Shown here: positions 38,413 to 47,664 of the stretch, piece by piece
How positions within the stretch are numbered: position 1 is the stretch's first letter
Layout of the letters: the number at the start of each line of letters is the position of its first letter
IMG/VR virus record: IMGVR_UViG_3300044998_001357
Location: 84,784 to 148,783 of that record
DNA: 64,000 nt
Source of the DNA: a virus
Strand: one strand, 5' to 3'
Notes under the pieces: model-generated
What the model was told of the DNA's origin: nothing
Database searches by the model: none
What the model saw: only the letters and a program-made list of their open reading frames with translations
Made by a program: the position numbers and the translations under genes

Positions 38413-39053
38413 TAGAAACCTCGCTGAATCTCTTCGATGATGACTGCCGGAATGACTTTTTCCAGGGGGTACAGTGCTCGCGTAATCCAGTTATCCTGAG
38501 AGGTGCCGGAATACTCAGGTGGAACCTGCCAAGTACCCGAGCGCACCATGATGGCACTATCGGTTCGGGAACGTGCCGGATGGCCATAACTAATCCGGTG
38601 GTCCAAGACCAGTACCTCCTGGCCACGAAGAGTCAGCCACTCCAGCCAGTCAATTATGTAGCCACCCTCTGAGCGATAACTCCCATCAGCCGCGAGAACT
38701 TCAGAGTAGTCTCCTTTAAGTATCTCGATGCGTAAACCGCCATGAACCTCTCCACCCAGAGGTTTGACCCCCTGAGAGGTCACGCGACAACCTGCCGATA
38801 GATTCTGAATCACCCTCTGAATCACAAAGGCCGCATCCACCACACCCAGTTCTGAGCGAAGCGCTCCTTTCAGGAGCGAGTCGTACTCGGGAGACTGGGT
38901 AAGTCGTTCAGCAATCAAAATTCCAATCCGGTTACGAATAGGAGTCACCGCTTGTCCCAAAGCTCGATTAAGCTCTTTGGCAATCGCCTTCAGAATTGCG
39001 TCATAAGTCTCGGAGGGACTCATGAGGCTTAGTTGAAAGCGAATATCAGCCAT
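38412..39053 (-). CDS. Putative neck/tail-component protein
   Basis: Head-tail block; WLEWL...GTSQDNWITRAL resembles HK97-gp10-like C-termini. Confidence 0.5.
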   Translation of the reverse strand: MADIRFQLSLMSPSETYDAILKAIAKELNRALGQAVTPIRNRIGILIAERLTQSPEYDSLLKGALRSELGVVDAAFVIQRVIQNLSAGCRVTSQGVKPLGGEVHGGLRIEILKGDYSEVLAADGSYRSEGGYIIDWLEWLTLRGQEVLVLDHRISYGHPARSRTDSAIMVRSGTWQVPPEYSGTSQDNWITRALYPLEKVIPAVIIEEIQRGF

Positions 39054-39588
39054 TGAACTGTTCCCATACCGCGTAGAAGTAGCGGTTTTGAATGATATTG
39101 CTTCGGTCGCCGGGTTGGACCAGTAACCGAAATTTGTTGCGAATCAAACCCTGAATCGGTAGTTGCAAAACTAAATGGTCACACTTCAAAATTTTGGGTA
39201 GGTCTTTCAAGAACCCCTTGGTCTCCACCAAAGAGTAAGGAACAAACATATTCTGTTTTGCTATTGGCAATGGCGTAACAAAACGTCTTAAATCCCAGTT
39301 GCATCCAAGCGTTATTTGCTCGGACACCTCTTCGGGCTTTCGGCCCTCACCACCGCACAAGGGGCACTTCCCGCCGGTAAAAGGCGAGGGGCCCCCACTG
39401 CGGTAACGGCCCATCGAACGACCCGAGAGCGGGTCGACAATACAATTCGAACACGCAACGAAACGAGGAGGGTAAACCAGAGAACAGGTTTTTCCCAGTC
39501 CGCCCTCCTCCCCATTGGCAAGAAGGTCATCCAGGGCATCCTGGATAACCTGTTTGGTCTGCGCATCGAGGGCAAAGATTTTAGCCAT
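39046..39588 (-). CDS. Putative head-closure protein with Zn-finger insert
   Basis: CSNC...CPLCGGEG; head-tail block. Confidence 0.5.
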   Translation of the reverse strand: MAKIFALDAQTKQVIQDALDDLLANGEEGGLGKTCSLVYPPRFVACSNCIVDPLSGRSMGRYRSGGPSPFTGGKCPLCGGEGRKPEEVSEQITLGCNWDLRRFVTPLPIAKQNMFVPYSLVETKGFLKDLPKILKCDHLVLQLPIQGLIRNKFRLLVQPGDRSNIIQNRYFYAVWEQFNG

Positions 39589-39776
39589 TATGCGTTCCAG
39601 CCGCTGGGTGCCACTTTATACCGGTTATCGAGATTCACGACCGTCTGCATCGAATCGATATTGGGTAACGAAGGAACCTCGGGCCGCTGAAACAGACTGG
39701 TCTTGCCGGGTCGAGCAACCGCTGCCGCGCCGTCACGAATCGGTTCCGAGGGTACTGCCTTGGAATAAATCGCCAT
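39588..39776 (-). CDS. Small hypothetical (virion) protein
   Basis: 62 aa, RBS GGGAG, TAATG coupling. Confidence 0.55.
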   Translation of the reverse strand: MAIYSKAVPSEPIRDGAAAVARPGKTSLFQRPEVPSLPNIDSMQTVVNLDNRYKVAPSGWNA

Positions 39777-39788
39777 GTTGAGACTCCC

Positions 39789-40280
39789 TTAAAAGTAACG
39801 ATTGTAATCGTTTTGGTGTGCGTAAAGCCGAAACGGGGTCATCACCGCAGCACCTGCAATGCCGCCCGACTGAGTGGTCAGATATTCCGCCTTGGCGTCC
39901 GTATAGACGGCGCACCACCCCTTCTCCAGGAGCTTTAGCTTACCCTGGAGATTACCTCGCAGGTCGATGGCCGAAGTACCATCCTTGACCGCGATAGCCT
40001 GCTTGGCCGCAAGGATGGCCGCACCCCGGTCAGCGATACAGGCCGCTTTCAAACAGACGAGGTTGATAAACGATTCGTCTCTCGTCCCCATGGTTGGGTC
40101 CGGCGTCAGGGTCTCATTAACAACATCCGCGCGATAATCAAGTGGGAAGGGAAGCTCCTGAGCCACCTGAAACGCCGCCACCAGGATAAGACGCAACAGC
40201 GAATCATCGGTGTAGGTTTGAGCTTCCTGGTCGTTGACCATCACCCGAACCACCAGAAGCATTTCTTCGTCCCAGGCCAT
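39789..40280 (-). CDS. Putative head-tail adaptor
   Basis: VRVMVND...YTDDSL helical adaptor-like pattern; RBS GAGGT. Confidence 0.55.
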   Translation of the reverse strand: MAWDEEMLLVVRVMVNDQEAQTYTDDSLLRLILVAAFQVAQELPFPLDYRADVVNETLTPDPTMGTRDESFINLVCLKAACIADRGAAILAAKQAIAVKDGTSAIDLRGNLQGKLKLLEKGWCAVYTDAKAEYLTTQSGGIAGAAVMTPFRLYAHQNDYNRYF

Positions 40281-40287
40281 GACCACC

Positions 40288-40602
40288 TCACTTCAAATTG
40301 GGATATACCTTAAACTTTTGAATTTCGGAGTGGTTAATCATCCCACTGGGAAACCCCACCACGGCCTGAACCTTCCAGTTGCCGGGAAGATTGATATCCC
40401 CTGGTTCAACAATGTATTCCATCTTGCCATCCGTACCATCGGTGACCAGCACCGCCTGTTTGTCCAGCACGCTACCGTCAGGTCGAGAGAACCACATACG
40501 CAGATTATTGGCATTCTGCAAATTCATAATGGAACCATCCTCGTTTTTCAGAGTGACCCGAAACGAGGTGCCCACATCACCAACATGGATTTCGCCCGTC
40601 AT
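40288..40602 (-). CDS. BppU-N-like baseplate/Ig-type small protein
   Basis: IHVGDVGTSFRVTL...GKMEY...GDINLPGNWKVQ. Confidence 0.65.
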   Translation of the reverse strand: MTGEIHVGDVGTSFRVTLKNEDGSIMNLQNANNLRMWFSRPDGSVLDKQAVLVTDGTDGKMEYIVEPGDINLPGNWKVQAVVGFPSGMINHSEIQKFKVYPNLK

Positions 40603-40604
40603 GA

Positions 40605-41285
40605 TTAAAACTCCTTTTGTCTCTTAGGAGTCCACAGAAACGGATAGACTAGCTGGATGGCCGAATCAAACTCGTACTGCGAAGCCAGCATCAACTCGAC
40701 TTCGAGAATGGTGCCTGGTGCCGCACGTACCACCCAGAACAGTTCGGCCGCTGTCAGGACGCTATTGAGGTCTTGCCACCCCAAGACCATCTCAGCACCC
40801 AGTCGGCTACGAGTACCCCAAACCGGCTGACAAAGAGTACCGGTTCGTTGGTAAACATTCCATTCGGGAACAAGGTCGTGAGCCAAAACCGCTCGCAGGG
40901 ACCACGGAACCGACGAGATGAGCCCCACCCGTCCACGGGCCGGCCAGGTCAAGGTGAGCAGAGCAGCCAGTGTGGAGCGTTGGTTCCAGATTGTTTGAGC
41001 CGACCGATTAGCTAGCGACCGAACCGACCATTGCAAACCATCCTCCGTCCCAGCCGGCGTCCGGGCTGACCACAAAAGCTCCTCTTCTTGGCCAATAGGC
41101 ACATAGGTATTCCACATATAAGAATAAGTGCTGGAGAGCGGCGCATAAACAGACCACACCGTCTCGCTACTGGATGACACCGCCTGGACTGAGCCAAGCT
41201 CTGAAACATAGAGCGAACCCAGCTGGTACTGGCGATTGCTGACCTGCTGGAGAGTACCCTCGGGAGTTTGCAAAAGCCGTGTCAT
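40605..41285 (-). CDS. Fibre-shaft-like protein with 14-residue Trp periodicity
   Basis: 11 Trp residues spaced exactly 14 aa apart. Confidence 0.65.
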   Translation of the reverse strand: MTRLLQTPEGTLQQVSNRQYQLGSLYVSELGSVQAVSSSSETVWSVYAPLSSTYSYMWNTYVPIGQEEELLWSARTPAGTEDGLQWSVRSLANRSAQTIWNQRSTLAALLTLTWPARGRVGLISSVPWSLRAVLAHDLVPEWNVYQRTGTLCQPVWGTRSRLGAEMVLGWQDLNSVLTAAELFWVVRAAPGTILEVELMLASQYEFDSAIQLVYPFLWTPKRQKEF

Positions 41286-42643
41286 GAAAACTCCAGTCGC
41301 GGACAGACAAAGAGCGTGGTGCTCGGCCGAGCCAGATAAACCATCAGTCGCACAGGCCCTTTTTTCTGGGGGGTAAAGGTCAAGCTTAACTGCTGGCGAA
41401 TCGGGTTTGTGATACCGGTAGTATCCCAGGTCGCCAGACTAGTGGGATGACTAACCCCTGCTGCCAAGAAGGGGTTTATCCGCCCACTTAAAAACGTCGA
41501 CCGAGGAAAGTTTGCGTCCGCCAGGTATTCGGCTTCCAGCCACACATCTTTATTTGTAAGTGTTACGCCGTTATTCAGAATATGAAGCGTGACTGTAACT
41601 GGTACTTCCTCCTGGTCATTCCAGAAAGTAATCGGGTCACTGATGAGCGGCCAGAACAGACTGGTGTTGGAGCGAGAGACCATGGCCCTAGAGAAAGGCG
41701 TCACTCCATTGCCGGCACCATTCTCTCGAACCACAACTGTTTCGGTTGTGAGTGTGCCCGCAAAGGACTCATCCTGAAAACGATAGTTGGTGCTGGCGCT
41801 ATCACAATTGAGCAGACGAATATTTCCGGAACCCGGACCCGGTGGCGGACCGGAGACCAGGGCAACTCCCGCCCCCAGGCGACAGTTCCTAAAGAGGTAA
41901 TCAACGCGGTCTTGCCCAGGCTGGATAAGAGCATGACCACTACCCAGAGCCGAAAGGTCCACACCGTGAAGCTCGGCGTGTCCACCCATGCAACCATTAC
42001 CCGGACCAATAAATAGACGGGTGGCAGTAGTTCCTGTTAAAATCAGACTTCCACCCCGCCAGGAAAAGCGAGCACGAACCGCGATACGGCAGTTTGTGTT
42101 GTTGAAACGAATATCTGTATTTACAAGTTCGAGAAAAGCATCATCCTGACCAGTGTTGGAAACACCAATATTGATTCGGTTTGCTGCAGTCGATGCACTA
42201 GGAGGAAGAACGCTGATGCGTCCTGACTCAATACGCCACCACCAGGGGGAGAGCGAAGTAAAATTGATTTCCGTACCGCCGCTATTGTTTTGCACGTTCA
42301 TGCGAATCTCAATACCGTAGGCGTAGGCAAATCCAGCCAAGGCAACGCCCCCTGCGTTCGCAGTTGTTGTTTGTATGACAGCTGTGGTGCGAAAATCTTC
42401 TGGAGTGGGCGGAACATTGCCACCAACTCGCCGAACACACAATACCTGACAGGGGTTGGCGGCAGTTCCTGGTGAGGTGATTGTTCGAGACCAGGTAATA
42501 TTCTCGTTATGGTCGTCGGCGATATAAAAAACATCCCCGGCCAACCGTCCGGTAAACGCGGTGTCCAGACGGGTAAAGGCATTGGCCCAATCCGCGCCCG
42601 TCCCGGCACCCGTCGCTCCGCTCCAGACATAATAGCTTGCCAT
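41282..42643 (-). CDS. Virion beta-helix-like protein (paralog B)
   Basis: MASYYVWSGATGAGTGADWANAF start (TGATG coupling); paralogous to the upstream gene. Confidence 0.7.
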   Translation of the reverse strand: MASYYVWSGATGAGTGADWANAFTRLDTAFTGRLAGDVFYIADDHNENITWSRTITSPGTAANPCQVLCVRRVGGNVPPTPEDFRTTAVIQTTTANAGGVALAGFAYAYGIEIRMNVQNNSGGTEINFTSLSPWWWRIESGRISVLPPSASTAANRINIGVSNTGQDDAFLELVNTDIRFNNTNCRIAVRARFSWRGGSLILTGTTATRLFIGPGNGCMGGHAELHGVDLSALGSGHALIQPGQDRVDYLFRNCRLGAGVALVSGPPPGPGSGNIRLLNCDSASTNYRFQDESFAGTLTTETVVVRENGAGNGVTPFSRAMVSRSNTSLFWPLISDPITFWNDQEEVPVTVTLHILNNGVTLTNKDVWLEAEYLADANFPRSTFLSGRINPFLAAGVSHPTSLATWDTTGITNPIRQQLSLTFTPQKKGPVRLMVYLARPSTTLFVCPRLEFS

Positions 42644-44412
42644 CAGCTTATCTCCGGCTTGGGGCAGAAATACAGGGTTGTCGAGGGACGCGCCAGACAG
42701 ACCACACAAGAAACAAATCCGGCCATTGCAGCCGTGAAGTTGGTCCGGAGTCTCTGGGTTACCGGTGAGGAGATTCCTGTTGTTACCCAGGTTGCGTTAC
42801 TGGATTCCTTGTTCACGGCAGTACTCAGTATCGTTAGCTTTCGGTCCGAAGCAAAGCTCGAACGAGGATGAGTGGCCGAACCCAGGAACTCAATTTCTAG
42901 CCATACATCCTCATCTGTAAGAGTGATACCATCGCTAAGTATTTCGATAACCACACTCTGTTCGACGCCAGTAACCTCATTCCACAGGTAAATTGGGTCG
43001 CTTGTGAGCGGCAGGAAAAACTTGGTATTGGCACTTGAAATCATAGAACGACAAACCGGGGTCGTTCCGTCTGTGGCACCACCCACGCGATAGATATTTG
43101 TGCCGTGAAAAATCGACCCCGTGTAGTCACGCCGAAAATAACGGTAGTTGGTGCCGGCGCTGTCAGAGTTGACCACACGAAGGTTGGTGCCTCCAGGACC
43201 AACCACGGCACCAAGCGCCAAATTGACCGAGGAACCCAGTTTGCAGTTCTCAACCTGAATTCGGTGTGGGGCAGCCAGGGAAACATTAAACAAATTTCGC
43301 GAAACACCAAAAGGGGAAAGGTCCACACCACGAATGAGGATGTTCTGACTCACACCGATGGTTGTGGATGCTAGAGTCGTGGGAACGGTGGATGAAGGAT
43401 GTAGACCGCCCCCCAACCACTCCAGGGTTGAATTTACACTCATCAATTGCGAGGTTGACCCAAATCGAAGCATACAGTTTATAAGTGTCAGCTTGGCATT
43501 GTCAAGCGATGAGCTATTGATACCAACATTAATTCGCGATAGAGTATTTGTGCTTGGGATAGATAAAACGCAATTTTCGAGAGTCCAGGCCCAAGGATTA
43601 TTCGAGTTAAAACTAATATTGGTTGTTGAATTGCTTGCATTTGCGGAGAATGTTAAGCCATACACATAAGCAAAACCACTAAAGGAAAAGTCGCCTGTAC
43701 GATTTTGGCTTTCTGAACCGGTGGTGGCGAGTTGGGTGGGCGGCGCAATCGAAAATGCCGAGATATCAAATGGGCCTGTAAAGCGCTGAACACAAATGAT
43801 GGAAACAGGATTTGCGGCCGTTCCCGGGCTGGGAAAAGAGATGATGTTGCTGGTGGTGGTTGCGGCGTGGGTGTGACCCACGTAAATCGTGTCTCCTGGA
43901 GCGACAATAGTTAAAAGATGGGAAATTCGCGCAGCCGGCGCGGTCCATTTTCCAGTTGCTCCCTCAAATAGTTTAACCCACGTAACGGTTCCATCGGTAT
44001 AATTTTGTCCGTATGGTCCGCTCCAGCCCGGCTCGGTCGCGCCGGTGGTACCGGTATACCTACAAATCATGAAGTATCCGCTTATGGCGGCGGACTGAAT
44101 CACTCGCCCAATCGGAATGACGGTATTGGGAGTCCAGAGGGGTGCGTCGGCACTATCCCCATTGAGCGCACCAACACCGGTACATTCCTGCCACACAGCG
44201 GTGCCGTCATTAACGACAGCGCCACGTGTCAAGCCCCAGGCCGGCTCGGTTGCACCCGTAGTGCCGGCCTGAATACAAACATAAACACGTTCAGTGTTGT
44301 AGGTTGCTGTAGTCTGGCGTACACGGGCGTTTATATTAACTGTCGTGTTGGCAGTCCAGGGGACGACAAAATTTGTGTACGCAAGGCTATCACAGTACCA
44401 GTTCGGCATCAT
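42643..44412 (-). CDS. Virion beta-helix-like protein with two N-terminal carbohydrate-binding-like repeats (paralog A)
   Basis: Two W(T)xNT...GTTGATEPxW...DGTxxW repeats; shares SPGTAANP, IRGVDLS, NYR and LARPSTTLxxCP with paralog B. Confidence 0.7.
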   Translation of the reverse strand: MMPNWYCDSLAYTNFVVPWTANTTVNINARVRQTTATYNTERVYVCIQAGTTGATEPAWGLTRGAVVNDGTAVWQECTGVGALNGDSADAPLWTPNTVIPIGRVIQSAAISGYFMICRYTGTTGATEPGWSGPYGQNYTDGTVTWVKLFEGATGKWTAPAARISHLLTIVAPGDTIYVGHTHAATTTSNIISFPSPGTAANPVSIICVQRFTGPFDISAFSIAPPTQLATTGSESQNRTGDFSFSGFAYVYGLTFSANASNSTTNISFNSNNPWAWTLENCVLSIPSTNTLSRINVGINSSSLDNAKLTLINCMLRFGSTSQLMSVNSTLEWLGGGLHPSSTVPTTLASTTIGVSQNILIRGVDLSPFGVSRNLFNVSLAAPHRIQVENCKLGSSVNLALGAVVGPGGTNLRVVNSDSAGTNYRYFRRDYTGSIFHGTNIYRVGGATDGTTPVCRSMISSANTKFFLPLTSDPIYLWNEVTGVEQSVVIEILSDGITLTDEDVWLEIEFLGSATHPRSSFASDRKLTILSTAVNKESSNATWVTTGISSPVTQRLRTNFTAAMAGFVSCVVCLARPSTTLYFCPKPEIS

Positions 44413-44909
44413 CCAACCTCAGACAACGGGTCGCTCGCGTTGGCAAGGGCGGCATCTTGCTGAGCCAAAGCGGTCAAAACACCCTGAGCCCAGGCCTTGA
44501 CCTTCCCGGCGCTTTCAGGAGTAACTCCAAGCATTGTCTCGATTTGCTGGAGGGTTGCTGCGGCGACACGCTGGGCAAACCCCCGCGCAGTTGTAAAATC
44601 CGTTTGTGCAGCAAAATAACGCAGGAGATGCCGAGCCCCCTCCTGGGCCGTCAGGTCAACAAACATAAAATGAAAAAGACTATTGCCGGCCTCAACCCAC
44701 TGAATGAGCCTGAGCCGTTCTGCCTGGCGAAGTTGGTCGTTAATCGCTGCGGCAGAAACCGGTAGCTCGGCCTCAACATCCTGATTGGCCTCGGCGAGAT
44801 AAACTCGCTGATGAATCGTGTTGGTATGGTCAACATGTTCCTCCTGAATAAAGCGTCGACCATCCTTCTGAACGAGGTCTTGCACCACCCGACTCAAAAC
44901 AATGGGCAT
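44409..44909 (-). CDS. Hypothetical protein
   Basis: 166 aa, RBS GGAGG, coupled. Confidence 0.65.
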   Translation of the reverse strand: MPIVLSRVVQDLVQKDGRRFIQEEHVDHTNTIHQRVYLAEANQDVEAELPVSAAAINDQLRQAERLRLIQWVEAGNSLFHFMFVDLTAQEGARHLLRYFAAQTDFTTARGFAQRVAAATLQQIETMLGVTPESAGKVKAWAQGVLTALAQQDAALANASDPLSEVG

Positions 44910-44921
44910 CGAAAAACCTCC

Positions 44922-45464
44922 TTATGCCATCGTGTCACCTTCGACACGCAACGTAACGCCGTCGTTGTTAATGGGTGCCGAGTTGGTCGCCGTTCGGCGA
45001 ATCCAGACGGCGCGACATTGCCCCGGAGCAAGATTCCCCAGGGCCAGACCGGTTCCTTTGGTTGTCGGAGACGAAAAGGTCACGCCTGCCGGCGCACTGT
45101 TTTCGTCGGCAATTTCTGCGGCCTGGGCGGAGGAAGAACCAATATCCGAAGCGACGGCAGGGTCAACACCAATAGCGGCATTTGCACCACCTGAGACCTC
45201 GCTACTAATCCACACCACGGGCGAAATGTAAGTAAGTGATGCGTGTGAGTTATGAATAAAGATGCATCGATAATCAACGGTCATGTTGACGTTTTCGTCG
45301 CCCGAGATATCATCAAAGAGATTATTAAGTGTTGCATCTACGATTTCTGTGGTAGAAATATACTTACCCAGGGAGTCGTTGGGGTTTGCTTGGGGATTGG
45401 AGTTCCCAGCGCTTCCTGCTGTGGTGGAGAGTTTCCACTTGATGTCTGAGGCTGCAATCGGCAT
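44922..45464 (-). CDS. Putative virion structural protein
   Basis: MPIAASDIKWKLS start; LNNLFDDISG, DYRCIFIHN, AVWIRRT. Confidence 0.65.
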   Translation of the reverse strand: MPIAASDIKWKLSTTAGSAGNSNPQANPNDSLGKYISTTEIVDATLNNLFDDISGDENVNMTVDYRCIFIHNSHASLTYISPVVWISSEVSGGANAAIGVDPAVASDIGSSSAQAAEIADENSAPAGVTFSSPTTKGTGLALGNLAPGQCRAVWIRRTATNSAPINNDGVTLRVEGDTMA

Positions 45465-45477
45465 CGTATTCTCCGAT

Positions 45478-45510
45478 AAAAAAGGGGCGCTCAAACACTG
45501 AGCGCCCCTT
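45478..45510 (-). terminator. Rho-independent terminator after the major capsid gene
   Basis: 12-bp stem AAGGGGCGCTCA/TGAGCGCCCCTT plus T-run on the minus strand. Confidence 0.85.
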
Positions 45511-45530
45511 GTCATGGATTGATGAAGAGC

Positions 45531-46529
45531 TTAGAAAGCGCCCAGCAAGACCCGACGATTGTCGAGAACACCATAACCATGCTCAGCCCAGCCGTACATG
45601 CCGGCTCTCTGCTGACGATGGAACATCATGTCCTCGTAAATCTCCAGCTTCTGTCGCACCGGATTAACGAACGAGTCGTTATTTTCCCGGTCCAGAGCCA
45701 CAAGAATTTCCTGCTTGTCGCCCGGCATGGTGCCACCCAGCAGATTGGTGAAGTAGTGCTGGTATTCCTGGCCGACGCCAAACTCGTCCACATCATGCAA
45801 AAAGACGTTGAAGACCTTGCTGACACCGTTTTCGTCATCAGCCAGGAAAATCTCCCGACGAGTCATTTCATCGACCTGGGTGGCGTCCCAGCTGCGGATA
45901 TCTTCGATACCCTCAGGACTCATATAAACATCAGTCACGCGACCACGACTCAGCGAAGTGCGGTTGCCACCGGAGGCTCTGCGCATCTGGGTACGCAGCA
46001 GCGAAATCAGTCGCTTGGTGAACAGGCCGGACACCGCGCTAGCATCGTGAATCACGATGTTGCGGAACACTGCGGCTGCCAGGATGGTACGCCAACCGTC
46101 GTCGTTCGACTTACGAACAAACATGGCTTCCAGAACCTGCAGGGCGCGACCAACCACGTCCCAACGAGCCTGGCGGGCATACTTGAGCGGCCAGTCAATG
46201 GCGGCACCCACGCTGAAGGTGGGAACCATCAGGTAATCGCCTTCCACCGAACGCTCGGGGATACGACCCGTGTTGGGGATGGCAAAAGCCGAGTAATCCT
46301 TTTCGGTGCCCGGAGCGACAAAGTCGAGCGGAAACTCCGTAGCAGCGCCCGGTTCGAATTCAATTTCTTCGAAAATCCCACCGATATTGTCGCCCTTGAG
46401 AACACCACGCTTCAGGGGCAGCGTCAGGGCCTTGGCCAGTTCACGCTGGGCTGTCTTGGCAATCTCAAAATCAAAACTTCCTGCGGCACGCAGAAGTTCC
46501 TTCATCTCATCCGTAATCTTCTTCTTCAT
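45531..46529 (-). CDS. Major capsid protein (HK97 fold)
   Basis: 332 aa after scaffold and decoration genes, followed by a strong terminator; VYMSPE and C-terminal GMYGWAEHGYGVLD patterns. Confidence 0.85.
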   Translation of the reverse strand: MKKKITDEMKELLRAAGSFDFEIAKTAQRELAKALTLPLKRGVLKGDNIGGIFEEIEFEPGAATEFPLDFVAPGTEKDYSAFAIPNTGRIPERSVEGDYLMVPTFSVGAAIDWPLKYARQARWDVVGRALQVLEAMFVRKSNDDGWRTILAAAVFRNIVIHDASAVSGLFTKRLISLLRTQMRRASGGNRTSLSRGRVTDVYMSPEGIEDIRSWDATQVDEMTRREIFLADDENGVSKVFNVFLHDVDEFGVGQEYQHYFTNLLGGTMPGDKQEILVALDRENNDSFVNPVRQKLEIYEDMMFHRQQRAGMYGWAEHGYGVLDNRRVLLGAF

Positions 46530-46562
46530 CGAAATTCTCCGAGTGCTAAATGTATTGATTGG

Positions 46563-47030
46563 TTACGCCGGGAGGTTGAAATCAATCGCGGCGAACCCGC
46601 TCTCGTCTTTGCGAGAAGCAAAAGCACCCACTTTCGGACGAGCAACAAGGCCACCGGTGGGGTGAGGAGTCGGCGTAAAGTTACCGCTCGAATCCAGATA
46701 CGCGGTATCGCCCGGCATCGGGTTGCCGATGATATTGTCTAGGGTTAAACGACCCTTCTTGAGCAGACGGCAAGGAGCATTCACCATAGTTTCATCCTTA
46801 TGGAAGTTACGATGGTAACGCGTCTCATCAATGTTCACAACATCATTAAGTAGGATGCCGGCAACACGCTGACCCGAAGGGTTAGCAGCCAGCAAAACCG
46901 AGCCGGCCCGGTCACCCAGGGCAACCCCCGACCCCTGCTTGTTGTACACCAGACCAACACCACGAAGAGTCACCGAATCACAGCTTAGCGTGATATCGTC
47001 TTCGATAATCACGCGCTCACCTTTAATCAT
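46563..47030 (-). CDS. Capsid decoration/cement protein
   Basis: 155 aa between scaffold and MCP; GILLNDVV, PGDTAYL. Confidence 0.65.
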   Translation of the reverse strand: MIKGERVIIEDDITLSCDSVTLRGVGLVYNKQGSGVALGDRAGSVLLAANPSGQRVAGILLNDVVNIDETRYHRNFHKDETMVNAPCRLLKKGRLTLDNIIGNPMPGDTAYLDSSGNFTPTPHPTGGLVARPKVGAFASRKDESGFAAIDFNLPA

Positions 47031-47061
47031 CTATCTTCTCCCACTTTCACGGTTATGTGTG

Positions 47062-47664
47062 TTACTCGCCCCGACCCAGATAGCTCGCAATCGCCACAGC
47101 GACAGTGTTTACACCAACATCGCTTCCGCTCACATTCAAGGTCACGCTATCGGTTGGCTGAATATTGTCGAGTTGGCTAGCCTTGGCATTTTGCACCCCC
47201 TTAGCATCCTTTTCGATGTCCAACTTGTCCGCCTTGGCCACCTGGGGGGTCGGTGTCGAAGCGGGAGTATTCGGAGCGGGAGTCTGAACCTGAGTAGAAG
47301 GTTGCGGAAGTTTGACTCGCTCCATGGCCTTAGCCATTAGTTCAACTTGTTTCTTAAACGCCTCGTCGGTCGTTGTTTCATTGATGGAAACAAGCTCGGC
47401 GGCTTCGGCGGATTCAAGGGACAATAGTTCCTTGACCAGTGCCAGCCGCGCAACCGTGCGCTTTTCTTTTTCAAGAGAAGCCAGCGACTCACGCAGAGCG
47501 GTAATTTCCTGTTTGGCCGTGGCCAGTTCGCTCTGTGCACTCTTCAGCTGTTCTTCCGCCTTGGCGCGGGCAGCATCACTCGTCTCGATAGTCTTGGTCG
47601 CTTCCTTTAGCTGGCTCTTGGCCTGCTCCAGTTCGGCCTTCAGAGTATCAATTTCGATAGACAT
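47062..47664 (-). CDS. Putative nested in-frame scaffold protein (internal start)
   Basis: ATG 47664 (MSIEIDTLKAEL) begins the coiled coil; purine-rich leader; GGTGTA at 47699-47704. Confidence 0.5.
   Translation of the reverse strand: MSIEIDTLKAELEQAKSQLKEATKTIETSDAARAKAEEQLKSAQSELATAKQEITALRESLASLEKEKRTVARLALVKELLSLESAEAAELVSINETTTDEAFKKQVELMAKAMERVKLPQPSTQVQTPAPNTPASTPTPQVAKADKLDIEKDAKGVQNAKASQLDNIQPTDSVTLNVSGSDVGVNTVAVAIASYLGRGE

Noticed and set aside
45519-46742. 407-aa + strand ORF and many similar antisense ORFs (e.g. 24394-25248, 49046-49774)
   Set aside because: They are shadows of well-supported genes on the opposite strand, with no motifs or RBS
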